From NCBI GenBank assembly GCA_963665465.1, contig OY762226.1:2572438-2636437 (forward strand): a DNA stretch of 64,000 bases, given 5' to 3'. A model generated the notes under the pieces. It saw only the letters and a list, made by a program, of their open reading frames with translations. It had not been told where the DNA came from and ran no database searches. The DNA is from Vicinamibacterales bacterium. GTDB taxonomy: Bacteria; Acidobacteriota; Vicinamibacteria; Vicinamibacterales; UBA8438. A program made the translations under genes and the position numbers. Positions 10,540-22,622 of this stretch are shown here, piece after piece; positions within the stretch are counted from its first letter, which is position 1, and the number at the start of each line of letters is the position of its first letter.

Positions 10540-12750
10540 GTGGGCTTTCTTCAGGACCTCAACCCGGAGCAGCAGCAGGCGGTGCTGCACCGCGACGGCC
10601 CGCTCCTGATTCTGGCCGGTGCCGGGTCCGGCAAGACGCGCGTCATCGCACATCGCGCCGCCGGCCTGATCGGCGACGGCCACGCCGCACCGCACCAGCT
10701 CCTGGCTGTCACGTTCACGAACAAGGCCGCCGAGGAGATGCGCGAGCGAGTCGAGCGGCTCCTCGGCGCCGCGCAGCCGCGGCTGTGGCTGTCGACGTTT
10801 CACGCGTGCTGCGCCCGGCTGCTGCGGCGGGAAGCGCCGCTCGCGGGCCTGTCGCGCGACTTCGTCATCTACGACAGCGCCGATCAGCTCGCCGTGGTGC
10901 GCCGGGCGATGCAGGAGCTCCGGATAGACGAGCGCGTCACCCCGCCCCGCGCGGTGCGGGCCCGGATCAGCCACGCGAAGAACCGGATGCTCGATGTCGA
11001 CCAGCTGCTCGAGAGCGGGGCCGGCTTCCGCGACGAGCAGCTCGCCCGGGCGTTCGAGCGCTACGACCGGCTGCTGGCGGCGGCGAACGCCCTCGACTTC
11101 GACGACCTGCTGCTCAAGGCAGTCGCCCTGTTCGATGCGTCGGACGCGGCCCGCGAGCGTTACGTCGACCAGTTCCGCTACATCATGGTGGACGAGTACC
11201 AGGACACGAACCGGCCCCAGTACCGGCTGCTTCAACAGCTCGCGTCCCACCGCAACCTGTGCGTCGTCGGCGACCCCGATCAGTCGATCTACAAGTGGCG
11301 CGGCGCCGACGTGCGCAACATCCTCGACTTTGAGCAGGACTTCCCGGACGCGACCGTCGTGCGGCTCGAGCGCAACTACCGCTCGACGCAGGTGATCCTC
11401 GATGCCGCCTCCGGACTGATCAGCCGCAACAGCGAGCGCCGGGAGAAGCGCCTCTGGACCGAGCGCGCCGCCGGCGACCCGATCGTCTGCCACCGCGCCC
11501 GGGACGAGCTGGAGGAAGCCGACTTCGTGATCGGCCGACTGCGACAGGCGCTGGCCGGCGGCGCCGGCTCGGCGGCGGTCCTGTACCGCACGAACCACCA
11601 GTCGCGGGCGATCGAGGACGCGCTCAACCGGGCGGGGCTCGCCTACCGGGTGGTCGGCGGCGTTCGCTTCTACGAGCGCAAGGAAGTCAAGGATGCGCTG
11701 GCGTACCTCAAGCTGCTGCTCGAGCCGGCCGACGACGTGAGCCTGCGGCGCGTCATCAACGTGCCGCCGCGCGGGATCGGCAAGAAGGTGATGGAGGCAC
11801 TGGAGGATGCCGGCGCGGCTCAACCCGGATCGTCGCTGTGGGAGCGCCTCGTGCGGGCCGTCGACGAGCGGACGGTGCCGCCCCGGGCGGTGGCCGCGCT
11901 CGAGAAGTTCCGCGCGTTGCGCACGTCGCTGGCGGCGACCGCCAGGACGGAGCCGGCGTCGGTCACGCTGGAGCGGACGCTGGACCAGAGCGGCTACGTG
12001 CGGGCGCTGCGCGAAGCGGCCACGGAGGAGGCCGAGAGCCGCCTCGACAACCTCATGGAGCTGGTGGCGGCGGCCCGCGACTACGAGCTGCGCGGACCCG
12101 AGGCCGGCCTGGCCGGTTTCGTGGATCAGGTGTCGTTGCGCTCCGAGGCCGACGAGGAGGAAGGGGCGGCCGACGCAGCGGTCTGGCTGATGACGCTGCA
12201 CGCGGCGAAGGGTCTCGAGTTTCCCCTGGTGGTCATCACGGGCATGGAGGAAGGACTGTTTCCGCACGCGCGCGCGACGGACGACGCCAGCGAGCTGGAA
12301 GAGGAGCGGCGCCTGTGCTACGTGGGGATTACCCGCGCCCAGTCGCAGCTCGTCCTCACCAGCGCCGCCCGGCGTCGGACGTTCGGCGAGTACCGCGACA
12401 CGGATCCCTCCCGCTTCCTGCACGAGATTCCGGACGAGCTCGTGGAGACGGTCGTCTCGCCCCGGATGCCCGGCCGCCAGGCGCCCGGGCACGGGCGCTA
12501 CCGGGCGGGCCGGCGCCGCGCGCCCCAGCCACCCGTGGAATCGCCGGCGACGACCTTCTTCGACGACGCCGACGAGGACCAGTCGGCCGGGTACGTCCGC
12601 CCCGGGATGCGCGTGCGCCACCCCGCGTTCGGCATCGGCACGGTCGCCAGCATCGAGCCCCTCGCCGGCGACGTCAAGCTCACGGTCCGGTTCGAGGCCG
12701 CGGGATACAAGAAGCTGCTGGGGCGCTACGCCAAGCTCGAACCGGTCTGA
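10540..12750 (+). CDS. pcrA: UvrD/PcrA superfamily I DNA helicase
   Basis: AGAGSGKT, TFTNKAA, VDEYQD, GDPDQSIY, NYRS, KGLEF, YVGITRA, and a C-terminal Tudor-like VRHPAFGIG segment. Confidence 0.93.
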   Translation: MGFLQDLNPEQQQAVLHRDGPLLILAGAGSGKTRVIAHRAAGLIGDGHAAPHQLLAVTFTNKAAEEMRERVERLLGAAQPRLWLSTFHACCARLLRREAPLAGLSRDFVIYDSADQLAVVRRAMQELRIDERVTPPRAVRARISHAKNRMLDVDQLLESGAGFRDEQLARAFERYDRLLAAANALDFDDLLLKAVALFDASDAARERYVDQFRYIMVDEYQDTNRPQYRLLQQLASHRNLCVVGDPDQSIYKWRGADVRNILDFEQDFPDATVVRLERNYRSTQVILDAASGLISRNSERREKRLWTERAAGDPIVCHRARDELEEADFVIGRLRQALAGGAGSAAVLYRTNHQSRAIEDALNRAGLAYRVVGGVRFYERKEVKDALAYLKLLLEPADDVSLRRVINVPPRGIGKKVMEALEDAGAAQPGSSLWERLVRAVDERTVPPRAVAALEKFRALRTSLAATARTEPASVTLERTLDQSGYVRALREAATEEAESRLDNLMELVAAARDYELRGPEAGLAGFVDQVSLRSEADEEEGAADAAVWLMTLHAAKGLEFPLVVITGMEEGLFPHARATDDASELEEERRLCYVGITRAQSQLVLTSAARRRTFGEYRDTDPSRFLHEIPDELVETVVSPRMPGRQAPGHGRYRAGRRRAPQPPVESPATTFFDDADEDQSAGYVRPGMRVRHPAFGIGTVASIEPLAGDVKLTVRFEAAGYKKLLGRYAKLEPV

Positions 12751-12925
12751 GGGTTTCCGCGTTCACAGCCACAGCCTCAGCAGCCCCCAGGGGGGGAGCT
12801 GCATCGTGGCTTCGAGGCGAGTCCGGAAGGCGCGCTCGCCTACGGCACACGGGGCGCGGCCTGCGCGGCCGACAGGCTGGAGGAGCGGGGGCGGCGGGGC
12901 GCCGCACCGCCTTCCAGCTGGCTTC

Positions 12926-13645
12926 CTACTGGATGCTGGTGATGACCCAGCGTCCCTCGATCAGCCCGTCGGGTGCGTCGAGCGCGACCATCTGGAGCGT
13001 AATCACCATCGTCCGGTCTTCGGAGCTCTCGCCCTGCTCGACCGTCGCGCTGATGGTGACCTCCTTGGTCACGAGCTCGCCTTCCAGCCCGCGCACGGCA
13101 ATGGGGTTGTTCGGGTCGTACGCACTGACCTCGGCGGTCGCGCTCTCCGCCCCGAGCGCGTTCTCGGCCTCCGACACGGCGCGCGAGTGCTCCTGGGACT
13201 CGTCACGGAACCGCGTCCACTCCTCCTGAATGTCCTGGTCGCTACGACCAACGTCCTCGCCCTCGCGCTCGGCCTCGATGACCCGCGCTATCGCGTCGAA
13301 GTTCTCGTCCTGGTACATCTTCATCTCGGATTCGAACTCCTGCTGGGTGCGCCTGGCCTCATCGAGGGCCGCCGACAGCTCGCCCATCCGCAACGGGCGG
13401 CGCTGCTCCTCGGCAACGTTCTCGATGTCGAAGCTGCCGACGGTGCCGTCCTCCTCCGGCGTGAAGGCCACCATGGAGATGCCGCCGAGCGTGGCCCGGT
13501 CGTTGAAGCGCAAAGCCCTGAAGAAGCTGTTGATCAGCGCCTGCTCCTCGCCGCCGCCGCCGCAGCCGGCCAGCGCGCCGCCAAGTGCCAGTACCAGGGT
13601 CACGAGCAAGCTGGTCATCTTTCTCGACATCCTCAAGCCTGCCAT
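12926..13645 (-). CDS. Hypothetical lipoprotein
   Basis: Signal peptide with lipobox LAGC. GGAGG Shine-Dalgarno before the ATG at 13645. Acidic coiled-coil body. Confidence 0.7.
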   Translation of the reverse strand: MAGLRMSRKMTSLLVTLVLALGGALAGCGGGGEEQALINSFFRALRFNDRATLGGISMVAFTPEEDGTVGSFDIENVAEEQRRPLRMGELSAALDEARRTQQEFESEMKMYQDENFDAIARVIEAEREGEDVGRSDQDIQEEWTRFRDESQEHSRAVSEAENALGAESATAEVSAYDPNNPIAVRGLEGELVTKEVTISATVEQGESSEDRTMVITLQMVALDAPDGLIEGRWVITSIQ

Positions 13646-13697
13646 CGGTCTGCCTCCCATGAACTGTAGCGCTCGGCCGGACAGCCGGATCCAGCGC

Positions 13698-16181
13698 TCA
13701 AGCGCCGGTGTCCGGGTCCTCGCCACCGTCTGCGTTCTTCTCTACGAGCCTAGCGATCGAGACAACCCGGTCGTCGTCATCGATCCCGATGAGTCGGACT
13801 CCCTGGGTCGCCCGGCCGATGGACCGGATGTCCCCGGTCGACATCCGCAGAATCTTGCCCTGCTGGGTGACCAACATGAGCTCGTCGTCCTGCTCCACCC
13901 AGGCCACGCCGACGACCCGACCGTTCCTGGGACTGGCGTGGATGTTTATGATACCGACTCCCCCACGCGATTGCACGCGGTATTCGCCCAGCTCGGTGCG
14001 CTTGCCGTACCCGCGCTCGGTCACGGTCAGGAGCGTGCCGTCGGGCCGCAGGGCGGTCATCGCCACGACCTCGTCTCCGTCGCGCAGCGCCACGCCGCGC
14101 ACGCCGCGCGCCGTGCGCCCCATCGAGCGCACGTCGGTTTCCCTGAAGCGGATCGCCTTGCCGGCGCTGGTGCCGATGAAGATCTCGCCGGCGCCGTCCG
14201 TCAGCTCGGCGCCCACCACGGCATCGTCCTCGTCCACGCCCATGGCGATGATGCCGCCGACCCGGGGGCGGCGAAACGCCCGCAGGTCCATCCGCTTGAC
14301 GATGCCGCGGCGCGTGCCCATCACCACGAAGCGCTCGCCGTCCGCCTCGGGCCAGGTCTTGACGGTCTCGAGCGCGGCGATGCGCTCGCCGGGCTCCATT
14401 TGCACGAGGTTGGCGATGGCCTTGCCGCGGCCCGCGGGTCCCACGTCGGGAATCGCGTGGACCTTGAGCCAGTACATGCGGCCTCGATCCGAGAAGATGA
14501 GCACGTACGCATGTGTCGACGCGATGAAGACGTGGGTCAGGAAGTCTTCTTCGCGCGTCCGCATGCCGAGGCGGCCCTTCCCGCCGCGGCGCTGGTTGCG
14601 GTACTGCGTGACGGCCGTCCGTTTCACGTAGCCGGTGTTGCTGACCGTGATGGTCACGTCCTCGTCGGCAATGAGGTCCTCGATGCTGAACTCGCCTTCG
14701 GCGTCGATGATCTCGGTACGCCGCTCGTCGCCGTACCGGTCCTGGACGTCCCGCAGCTCCGAGACCACGATCTCCATGAGCCGCGCCTCGCTCTCGAGGA
14801 TCGCCTTCAGCTCGGCAATCTTCTTCACCAGCTCGGCCAGCTCGTCGATGATCTTCTGCCGCTCCAGCCCCGTCAGGCGCTGCAGCTGCATGTCGAGGAT
14901 CGCTTGCGCCTGCACCTGCGTCAGGGTGAAGCGCGCCATCAACTCGACGCGCGCCTCGGCCGGCGCCTTCGCGGCCCGGATCAACCGGATGATGGCGTCG
15001 AGATTGTCGAGGGCAATCTTCAGCCCCTCGAGGATGTGCGCCCGCGCCTCGGCCTTGCGGAGCTCGAATTCCGTCCGCCGCCTCACCACGCCGCGGCGGA
15101 ACTCGACGAACTGCTCGATCAGCGCCACGAGGGGCAGGATGCGCGGCCGGCCGCCGACGATCGCGAGCATGATGATCCCGAACGAGGTCTGCAGCGGGGT
15201 GTGCTTGAACAGGTTGTTCAGCACGACCTCCGGCACCTCGCCGCGGCGCAGCTCGATCACGATGCGCATGCCGTCGCGATCGGACTCGTCGCGCAGGTCG
15301 GTGATGCCCTCGACGACCTTGCCGCGCGCCAGGTCGGCAATCTTCTCGAGCAGCCTCGTCTTGTTCAACTGATAGGGGATCTCCGTGACGACGATCGCGT
15401 TCTTCTCCCCCTTGCCCGCGGTCTCGATGGACGTACGGGCGCGCAGCATGATCGAGCCGCGCCCCTCGAGGTACGCCTGGGCAATGCCCGCGCGCCCGAC
15501 GATGAAGCCGCCGGTCGGGAAATCGGGCCCCGGAATGAAGCTCGCCAGCGTGCGCCGCTTGACGTCGGCCGGCTCGGCGGCGTTCTCCGCCAACCACACG
15601 ATGCCGTCGATGACCTCGCGCAGGTTGTGGGGCGGCACGTTCGTGGCCATGCCCACGGCGATTCCCGCCGATCCGTTGACCAGCAGGTTGGGATAGGGAG
15701 CCGGCAGCACGGCGGGCTCCTCGGTCGTCTCGTCGTAGTTCGGGACGAAGTCGACCGTCTCCTTGTCGAGGTCGGCCATCAGGTCGTCGGCCAGCGCTTC
15801 CAGCCGCGCCTCGGTGTACCGCATCGCCGCTGGCGGATCGCCGTCGACCGACCCGAAGTTCCCCTGGCCGTCGACCAGCGGGTAGCGCATGTTGAAGCTC
15901 TGCGCCAGGCGCACGAGCGTGTCGTAGATCGAGGCGTCACCGTGCGGATGGAAGTTGCCCATCACCTCGCCGACGATCTTGGCGCACTTGCGGTACGGCC
16001 GGTTCGCGGCCAGCCCCATCGAGCGCATCCCGTAGATGACGCGCCGATGAGCCGGCTTGAGCCCGTCGCGCACGTCGGGCAGCGCGCGCCCGATGATCAC
16101 GCTCATGGCGTAATCCATGTACGAGCGACGCATCTCGTCTTCGATGCTTACGGGCACACTGGAATGGGTCGGCTCGGACAT
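13698..16181 (-). CDS. gyrA: DNA gyrase subunit A
   Basis: YAMSVI, HPHGD, AAMRYTE (catalytic Tyr), GyrA-box QRRGGKG. Confidence 0.98.
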   Translation of the reverse strand: MSEPTHSSVPVSIEDEMRRSYMDYAMSVIIGRALPDVRDGLKPAHRRVIYGMRSMGLAANRPYRKCAKIVGEVMGNFHPHGDASIYDTLVRLAQSFNMRYPLVDGQGNFGSVDGDPPAAMRYTEARLEALADDLMADLDKETVDFVPNYDETTEEPAVLPAPYPNLLVNGSAGIAVGMATNVPPHNLREVIDGIVWLAENAAEPADVKRRTLASFIPGPDFPTGGFIVGRAGIAQAYLEGRGSIMLRARTSIETAGKGEKNAIVVTEIPYQLNKTRLLEKIADLARGKVVEGITDLRDESDRDGMRIVIELRRGEVPEVVLNNLFKHTPLQTSFGIIMLAIVGGRPRILPLVALIEQFVEFRRGVVRRRTEFELRKAEARAHILEGLKIALDNLDAIIRLIRAAKAPAEARVELMARFTLTQVQAQAILDMQLQRLTGLERQKIIDELAELVKKIAELKAILESEARLMEIVVSELRDVQDRYGDERRTEIIDAEGEFSIEDLIADEDVTITVSNTGYVKRTAVTQYRNQRRGGKGRLGMRTREEDFLTHVFIASTHAYVLIFSDRGRMYWLKVHAIPDVGPAGRGKAIANLVQMEPGERIAALETVKTWPEADGERFVVMGTRRGIVKRMDLRAFRRPRVGGIIAMGVDEDDAVVGAELTDGAGEIFIGTSAGKAIRFRETDVRSMGRTARGVRGVALRDGDEVVAMTALRPDGTLLTVTERGYGKRTELGEYRVQSRGGVGIINIHASPRNGRVVGVAWVEQDDELMLVTQQGKILRMSTGDIRSIGRATQGVRLIGIDDDDRVVSIARLVEKNADGGEDPDTGA

Positions 16182-16214
16182 GGGATCCAATCGGCGCGGG
16201 GCCCCGGACGACTC

Positions 16215-18794
<2,580 letters not shown>

Positions 18795-18840
18795 CTAAGT
18801 CACGGCGTCCGGTCTTGGGGGCATCGGCAAGGAAGCGGAT

Positions 18841-19962
18841 TCAAACCCGCATCGGCATGATGACGTACGTGTAGTCGCACCCGTTGCCGCCGACAGGTCG
18901 CATCACCGCCTGGCTCATCTCGTCCTTGAACTCGAGCTGCACGCTGTCGGTGTCGGCGACGCTCAGGAACTCGAGGATGTACTGCGCGTTGAAGCAGATG
19001 TTGAGCGGAGCGCCCTCGTAGTCGACCGCCAGCGACTCGGTCGCCTCGCCGATCTCCGGGCTGCTCGACGTGATGTCGATCTGCTGCTCGGCAATCTGGA
19101 ACTTGACCGCCCGCGAGCGCTCGCTCGACAGCAGCGCGACACGCTTGATCGCACTCGTCAGCCGGTCGCGCTCGAACTCCACGCGCTTGTCGTTCTGCTT
19201 CGGGATCACGCGTTCGTACGCCGGAAACTGCGCATCGATGATGCGCGAGATGAGCTGGCGGCCGTCCACGTCGAAGAACAGGTGGTTCTCGCCGCGCACG
19301 TAGCGCACGTCGCCCTCCCCGTCCACCAGCAGGCGCGCCAGCTCCCACAGGGTCTTCTTCGGGAGGATCGCCTGCACCTCCTCCGCCTCCGCGGCGCCGT
19401 TCGCCGCCTCGCGCGCCGTCGACACGAACGCGAGCCGATGCCCATCCGTGGCCACGAGATTCATCGCGGACGGCCCCAGAACGAACAGCGCGCCGTTCAG
19501 GAAGTACCGCGTGTCCTCGCCCGTGATGGCGAACTGGGTTCGCATCACCATCTCGCGCAACGCCGTGCGCGCCAGCGCGAAGGCCGGCGCGTCGGCGGGC
19601 TCGGGCAGGGTCGGAAAATCCTCCCGCGGCAGCGTCTGCATGCGGGAATCGAACTTCTCGGCGGCTACCCTGACCGCCCCCTTCGGGCCTTCCTTTATCA
19701 GGACGTCCACCTCCGGCAGGGCCCGCACGATCTCGTACAGCTTCTTCGCCGGGACGGTGAGCGCGCCGTCGCGGGCGACCGCGGCCGCGCAGCGGCCGCG
19801 CAAGCCGACCTCCAGGTCCGTGGCGAGCAGCCGCACGCCGTCGCTGCCGTCGGCCTCGATGAGCACGTTGGCGAGGATCGGAATGGTGTTCTTGCGCTCG
19901 ACGATTCCCTGGAACAGCTGCAGTTCGCGCAGCAGATCGGATTTGCGGACGGTGATTTCCAT
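18841..19962 (-). CDS. dnaN: DNA polymerase III beta sliding clamp
   Basis: TIPILANV, ATDLE, VATDGHRL, VIMPMR. Lies directly downstream of dnaA. Confidence 0.97.
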   Translation of the reverse strand: MEITVRKSDLLRELQLFQGIVERKNTIPILANVLIEADGSDGVRLLATDLEVGLRGRCAAAVARDGALTVPAKKLYEIVRALPEVDVLIKEGPKGAVRVAAEKFDSRMQTLPREDFPTLPEPADAPAFALARTALREMVMRTQFAITGEDTRYFLNGALFVLGPSAMNLVATDGHRLAFVSTAREAANGAAEAEEVQAILPKKTLWELARLLVDGEGDVRYVRGENHLFFDVDGRQLISRIIDAQFPAYERVIPKQNDKRVEFERDRLTSAIKRVALLSSERSRAVKFQIAEQQIDITSSSPEIGEATESLAVDYEGAPLNICFNAQYILEFLSVADTDSVQLEFKDEMSQAVMRPVGGNGCDYTYVIMPMRV

Positions 19963-20223
19963 GCGGCTAATGACCTCGGCCGAGGGCGTCGTACTGTCGA
20001 ATCAGGATAGAAAAGACGATCAAATTATACAGGAAGAGAAAGGCGATACGAAACTGTGGGCGGATTTGTAACCTGTTCTGCCTGAGACATTTAACGAGCG
20101 CGCAGGCTGTGCGTGAAGCGGGCGCCCGAGGGCGTCGTCTGTGGACGCCCCGCGCGTCCGCAGTCCGGGTGCGGTCCGGCGCGGGCGGCGCTGTGGATGT
20201 CGGGCGTGTCGGGCCGCCCTGCA
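19963..20223. other. Probable oriC unwinding region (dnaA-dnaN intergenic)
   Basis: A-rich, lower-GC tract (about 20000-20053) with NAN-like triplets (CAG GAA GAG AAA), followed by co-oriented degenerate DnaA boxes TGTGGGCGG (20055), TGTGCGTGA (20108), TGTGGACGC (20140) and TGTGGATGT (20192). Confidence 0.6.
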
Positions 20224-21546
20224 CTACCTGAACGACTCGAGGAAGCTGTTGATGAGGGTGTGGAAATCACGGTCGTGCTTGCAGCGGTCGTCGATCTTGC
20301 GGATCGAGTGGATGACCGTGGAGTGATGCTTGCCGCCAAAGCTCTTGCCGATCTGGGGCAGCGAGGCGCCGGTGAGCGATTTGGCAAGGTACATCGCGAC
20401 CTGGCGTGGGAGCGCGACTGCCTTCGCGTTGTTCCGTGACTTCAGATCGGCAACCTTGAGCTGGTAGTGGTTCGCGACGAATTTCTGCACCATGTCGATC
20501 GTGACGGCGTCGTCGCCCCGATCGATGAGGTCGCGGAGCACCTCCTTCGCGAGCGACAGGGAGATGCCCAGGCCCGTGAGCGAGGCGTATGCGATCAGCC
20601 GGATGAGCGATCCCTCGAGCTCCCGGACGTTCGACTTGATGCGGTCCCCGATGTACAGCGCCACGTCGTCGGGCAGCGGCACGGCTTCCGCGCCGGCCTT
20701 CTTCTTGAGGATCGCGACCTTGGTCTCGAGGTCGGGCGGCTGGATGTCGGCGATCAGGCCCCATTCGAAACGGGAGCGCAGGCGCTCCTCGAGCGCAGGA
20801 ATCTCGTTCGGCGGGCGGTCGCTGCTGATGACGATCTGCTTCTGCGCGTCGTGCAGCGAGTTGAACGTGTGGAAGAACTCGGTCTGCGTGCCCTCCTTGC
20901 CGGCCAGAAACTGCACGTCGTCGACGAGCAGCACGTCCATGCTCCGGTACCGCTCCCGGAAGTCCAGGATCCGGTCGTACCGCACGGCGTTGATCATCTC
21001 GTTCATGAAGCGCTCGGACGAGATGTAGCTCAGCTTGAGGTGCGGCGACTGGTGGAGGAGGTACTGGCCTATCGCGTGCATCAGGTGGGTCTTGCCGAGG
21101 CCCACGCCGCCGTAGATGAACAGGGGGTTGTACGAGCGGGAGGGTGCCTCGGCGACAGCCAGCGAGGCGGCGTGAGCGAACTGGTTCGACGAACCGACGA
21201 CGAACGTGTCGAACGTGTACCGCGGGCTCAGCACGCCGGGCGGCGGCGGCGGCGGCACCCTGTTGTTGCGGTCGGACTCGGCTCCGGCCGGGGGCGCGTC
21301 GGCTTCGTCGGCGGTCACGAAGAGGAGGTGGACGCCGTCCGGACGCACCTCGCGGGCCGCCTCGTCGATGACGCTCGTGTAGTGCTTCGCCAGCCAGTCG
21401 CGGAACTGGCTGTTGGGGACGCGGATCGTCAGACGCTCGCCGGCGGCGTCCACGAGAGACGTCGGCTTGAACCACGTGTAGTAGCTGTGGCGGTTTATCT
21501 TGGCCTCGACACGCGCGAGAATGTCGTTCCAGACGTTGTCCGCCAT
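20224..21546 (-). CDS. dnaA: Chromosomal replication initiator
   Basis: YNPLFIYGGVGLGKTHL, DDVQF, RLRSRFEWG, HSTVIHS. ATG at 21546. Confidence 0.98.
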   Translation of the reverse strand: MADNVWNDILARVEAKINRHSYYTWFKPTSLVDAAGERLTIRVPNSQFRDWLAKHYTSVIDEAAREVRPDGVHLLFVTADEADAPPAGAESDRNNRVPPPPPPGVLSPRYTFDTFVVGSSNQFAHAASLAVAEAPSRSYNPLFIYGGVGLGKTHLMHAIGQYLLHQSPHLKLSYISSERFMNEMINAVRYDRILDFRERYRSMDVLLVDDVQFLAGKEGTQTEFFHTFNSLHDAQKQIVISSDRPPNEIPALEERLRSRFEWGLIADIQPPDLETKVAILKKKAGAEAVPLPDDVALYIGDRIKSNVRELEGSLIRLIAYASLTGLGISLSLAKEVLRDLIDRGDDAVTIDMVQKFVANHYQLKVADLKSRNNAKAVALPRQVAMYLAKSLTGASLPQIGKSFGGKHHSTVIHSIRKIDDRCKHDRDFHTLINSFLESFR

Positions 21547-21667
21547 GGTGATACCGTGTTGGCGTTCAGCAGACGAGCATGTCGGGACCGGCCGACGACG
21601 GGGCGCTTCGAGCGCCTTTGACACGGCACGAGACGGTCAAAACCGGACTCCCAGGAGAGGGCCTTGG

Positions 21668-21699
21668 ATTTCCACAAACTTTTCCACAGGTGTGGAAAA
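21668..21699. promoter_or_regulatory. Cluster of three DnaA boxes upstream of dnaA
   Basis: ATTTCCACA (21668), TTTTCCACA (21680) and inverted TGTGGAAAA (21691). Confidence 0.85.
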
Positions 21700-21768
21700 C
21701 TGCTGAAAAAGGCGGCTCTCCGGGGGGCGGGAGTGAATGTAGCACACCGGTTGACGGGTCGCCAACCG

Positions 21769-21798
21769 TTGACACCGCCCGGCGAGATCCACTAGGAT
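21769..21798 (+). promoter_or_regulatory. Putative sigma70 promoter of the rpmH operon
   Basis: TTGACA-18 bp-TAGGAT. Confidence 0.6.
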
Positions 21799-21863
21799 TC
21801 CCATCCCTTGCGCCTACAGCACGCACGGGCCGTTCGCGCGGAATCGCGCAGGAACCAAGGCAA

Positions 21864-22001
21864 ATGAAGCGCACGTATCAGCCGAACCGCCGGCGGCGGA
21901 AGCGCACGCACGGCTTCCGCAAGCGGATGAGCACCAAGAGCGGGCGCCTCATCCTGAAGAGTCGGCGGGCCAAGGGACGCCGGCGGCTGGCGGTCTCTTG
22001 A
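21864..22001 (+). CDS. rpmH: 50S ribosomal protein L34
   Basis: [22 protein letters not shown]...RRAKGRRRL. Confidence 0.97.
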   Translation: MKRTYQPNRRRRKRTHGFRKRMSTKSGRLILKSRRAKGRRRLAVS

Positions 22002-22342
22002 ACCTGACGCTGACCCGCCGGGAGCGCCTCCGCACGCGGCCGGAGTTCCTCGCAGTGCAGCGGCGGGGGGCCCGGAGCCGCGGGCGTTACCTGACGCTGC
22101 TCGGCCTGCCGAACGGCCTGGACGTCACGCGGCTCGGCGTCGTGGCGTCGCGGCGGCTGGGCAAGGCGTTCCGCCGCAACCGTTCCAAGCGTCTGATCAG
22201 GGAGCTCTTCCGTCTCAACAAGCGCCGCTCCGGATTCGATCTCGTCGTGCTGCCGCGTCCGGAGCTCTGCGATGCGGCGTTCGGAGCGCTGCAAGCGGAC
22301 TACCGCAGCGTGCTGCGCCGGTTCGAGCGATTTCATGGCTGA
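21998..22342 (+). CDS. rnpA: Ribonuclease P protein component
   Basis: RLGVVASRR and [11 protein letters not shown] (RNR motif). TTG start overlaps the rpmH stop. Confidence 0.93.
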   Translation: MNLTLTRRERLRTRPEFLAVQRRGARSRGRYLTLLGLPNGLDVTRLGVVASRRLGKAFRRNRSKRLIRELFRLNKRRSGFDLVVLPRPELCDAAFGALQADYRSVLRRFERFHG

Positions 22343-22598
22343 GCGTGGCATGGGAAGATGGGTCGCGGGCGTGCCCGCAGCGGGGCTGCTGGCGGCAATC
22401 GCGGCCTATCGGCTGCTGCTCTCCCCTCTGTTTACCGGGTGTTGCCGCTTCGTTCCCTCGTGTTCGGCCTACGCGCGGGAGGCCATCGTTACGCACGGCG
22501 CGCTGCGGGGCAGCCTGCTCGCGGCGTGGCGTCTCGTCCGCTGTCAGCCGCTGTGCCGAGGCGGGCTCGACCAGGTGCCCGGCCCCAGGCTGCGCTGA
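22335..22598 (+). CDS. yidD: Membrane protein insertion efficiency factor
   Basis: CRFVPSCSAY...HG...RLVRCQP; synteny with rnpA and yidC. Confidence 0.92.
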   Translation: MAERGMGRWVAGVPAAGLLAAIAAYRLLLSPLFTGCCRFVPSCSAYAREAIVTHGALRGSLLAAWRLVRCQPLCRGGLDQVPGPRLR

Positions 22599-22622
22599 TC
22601 ACCTCGTCGAGCACGACGCGTC

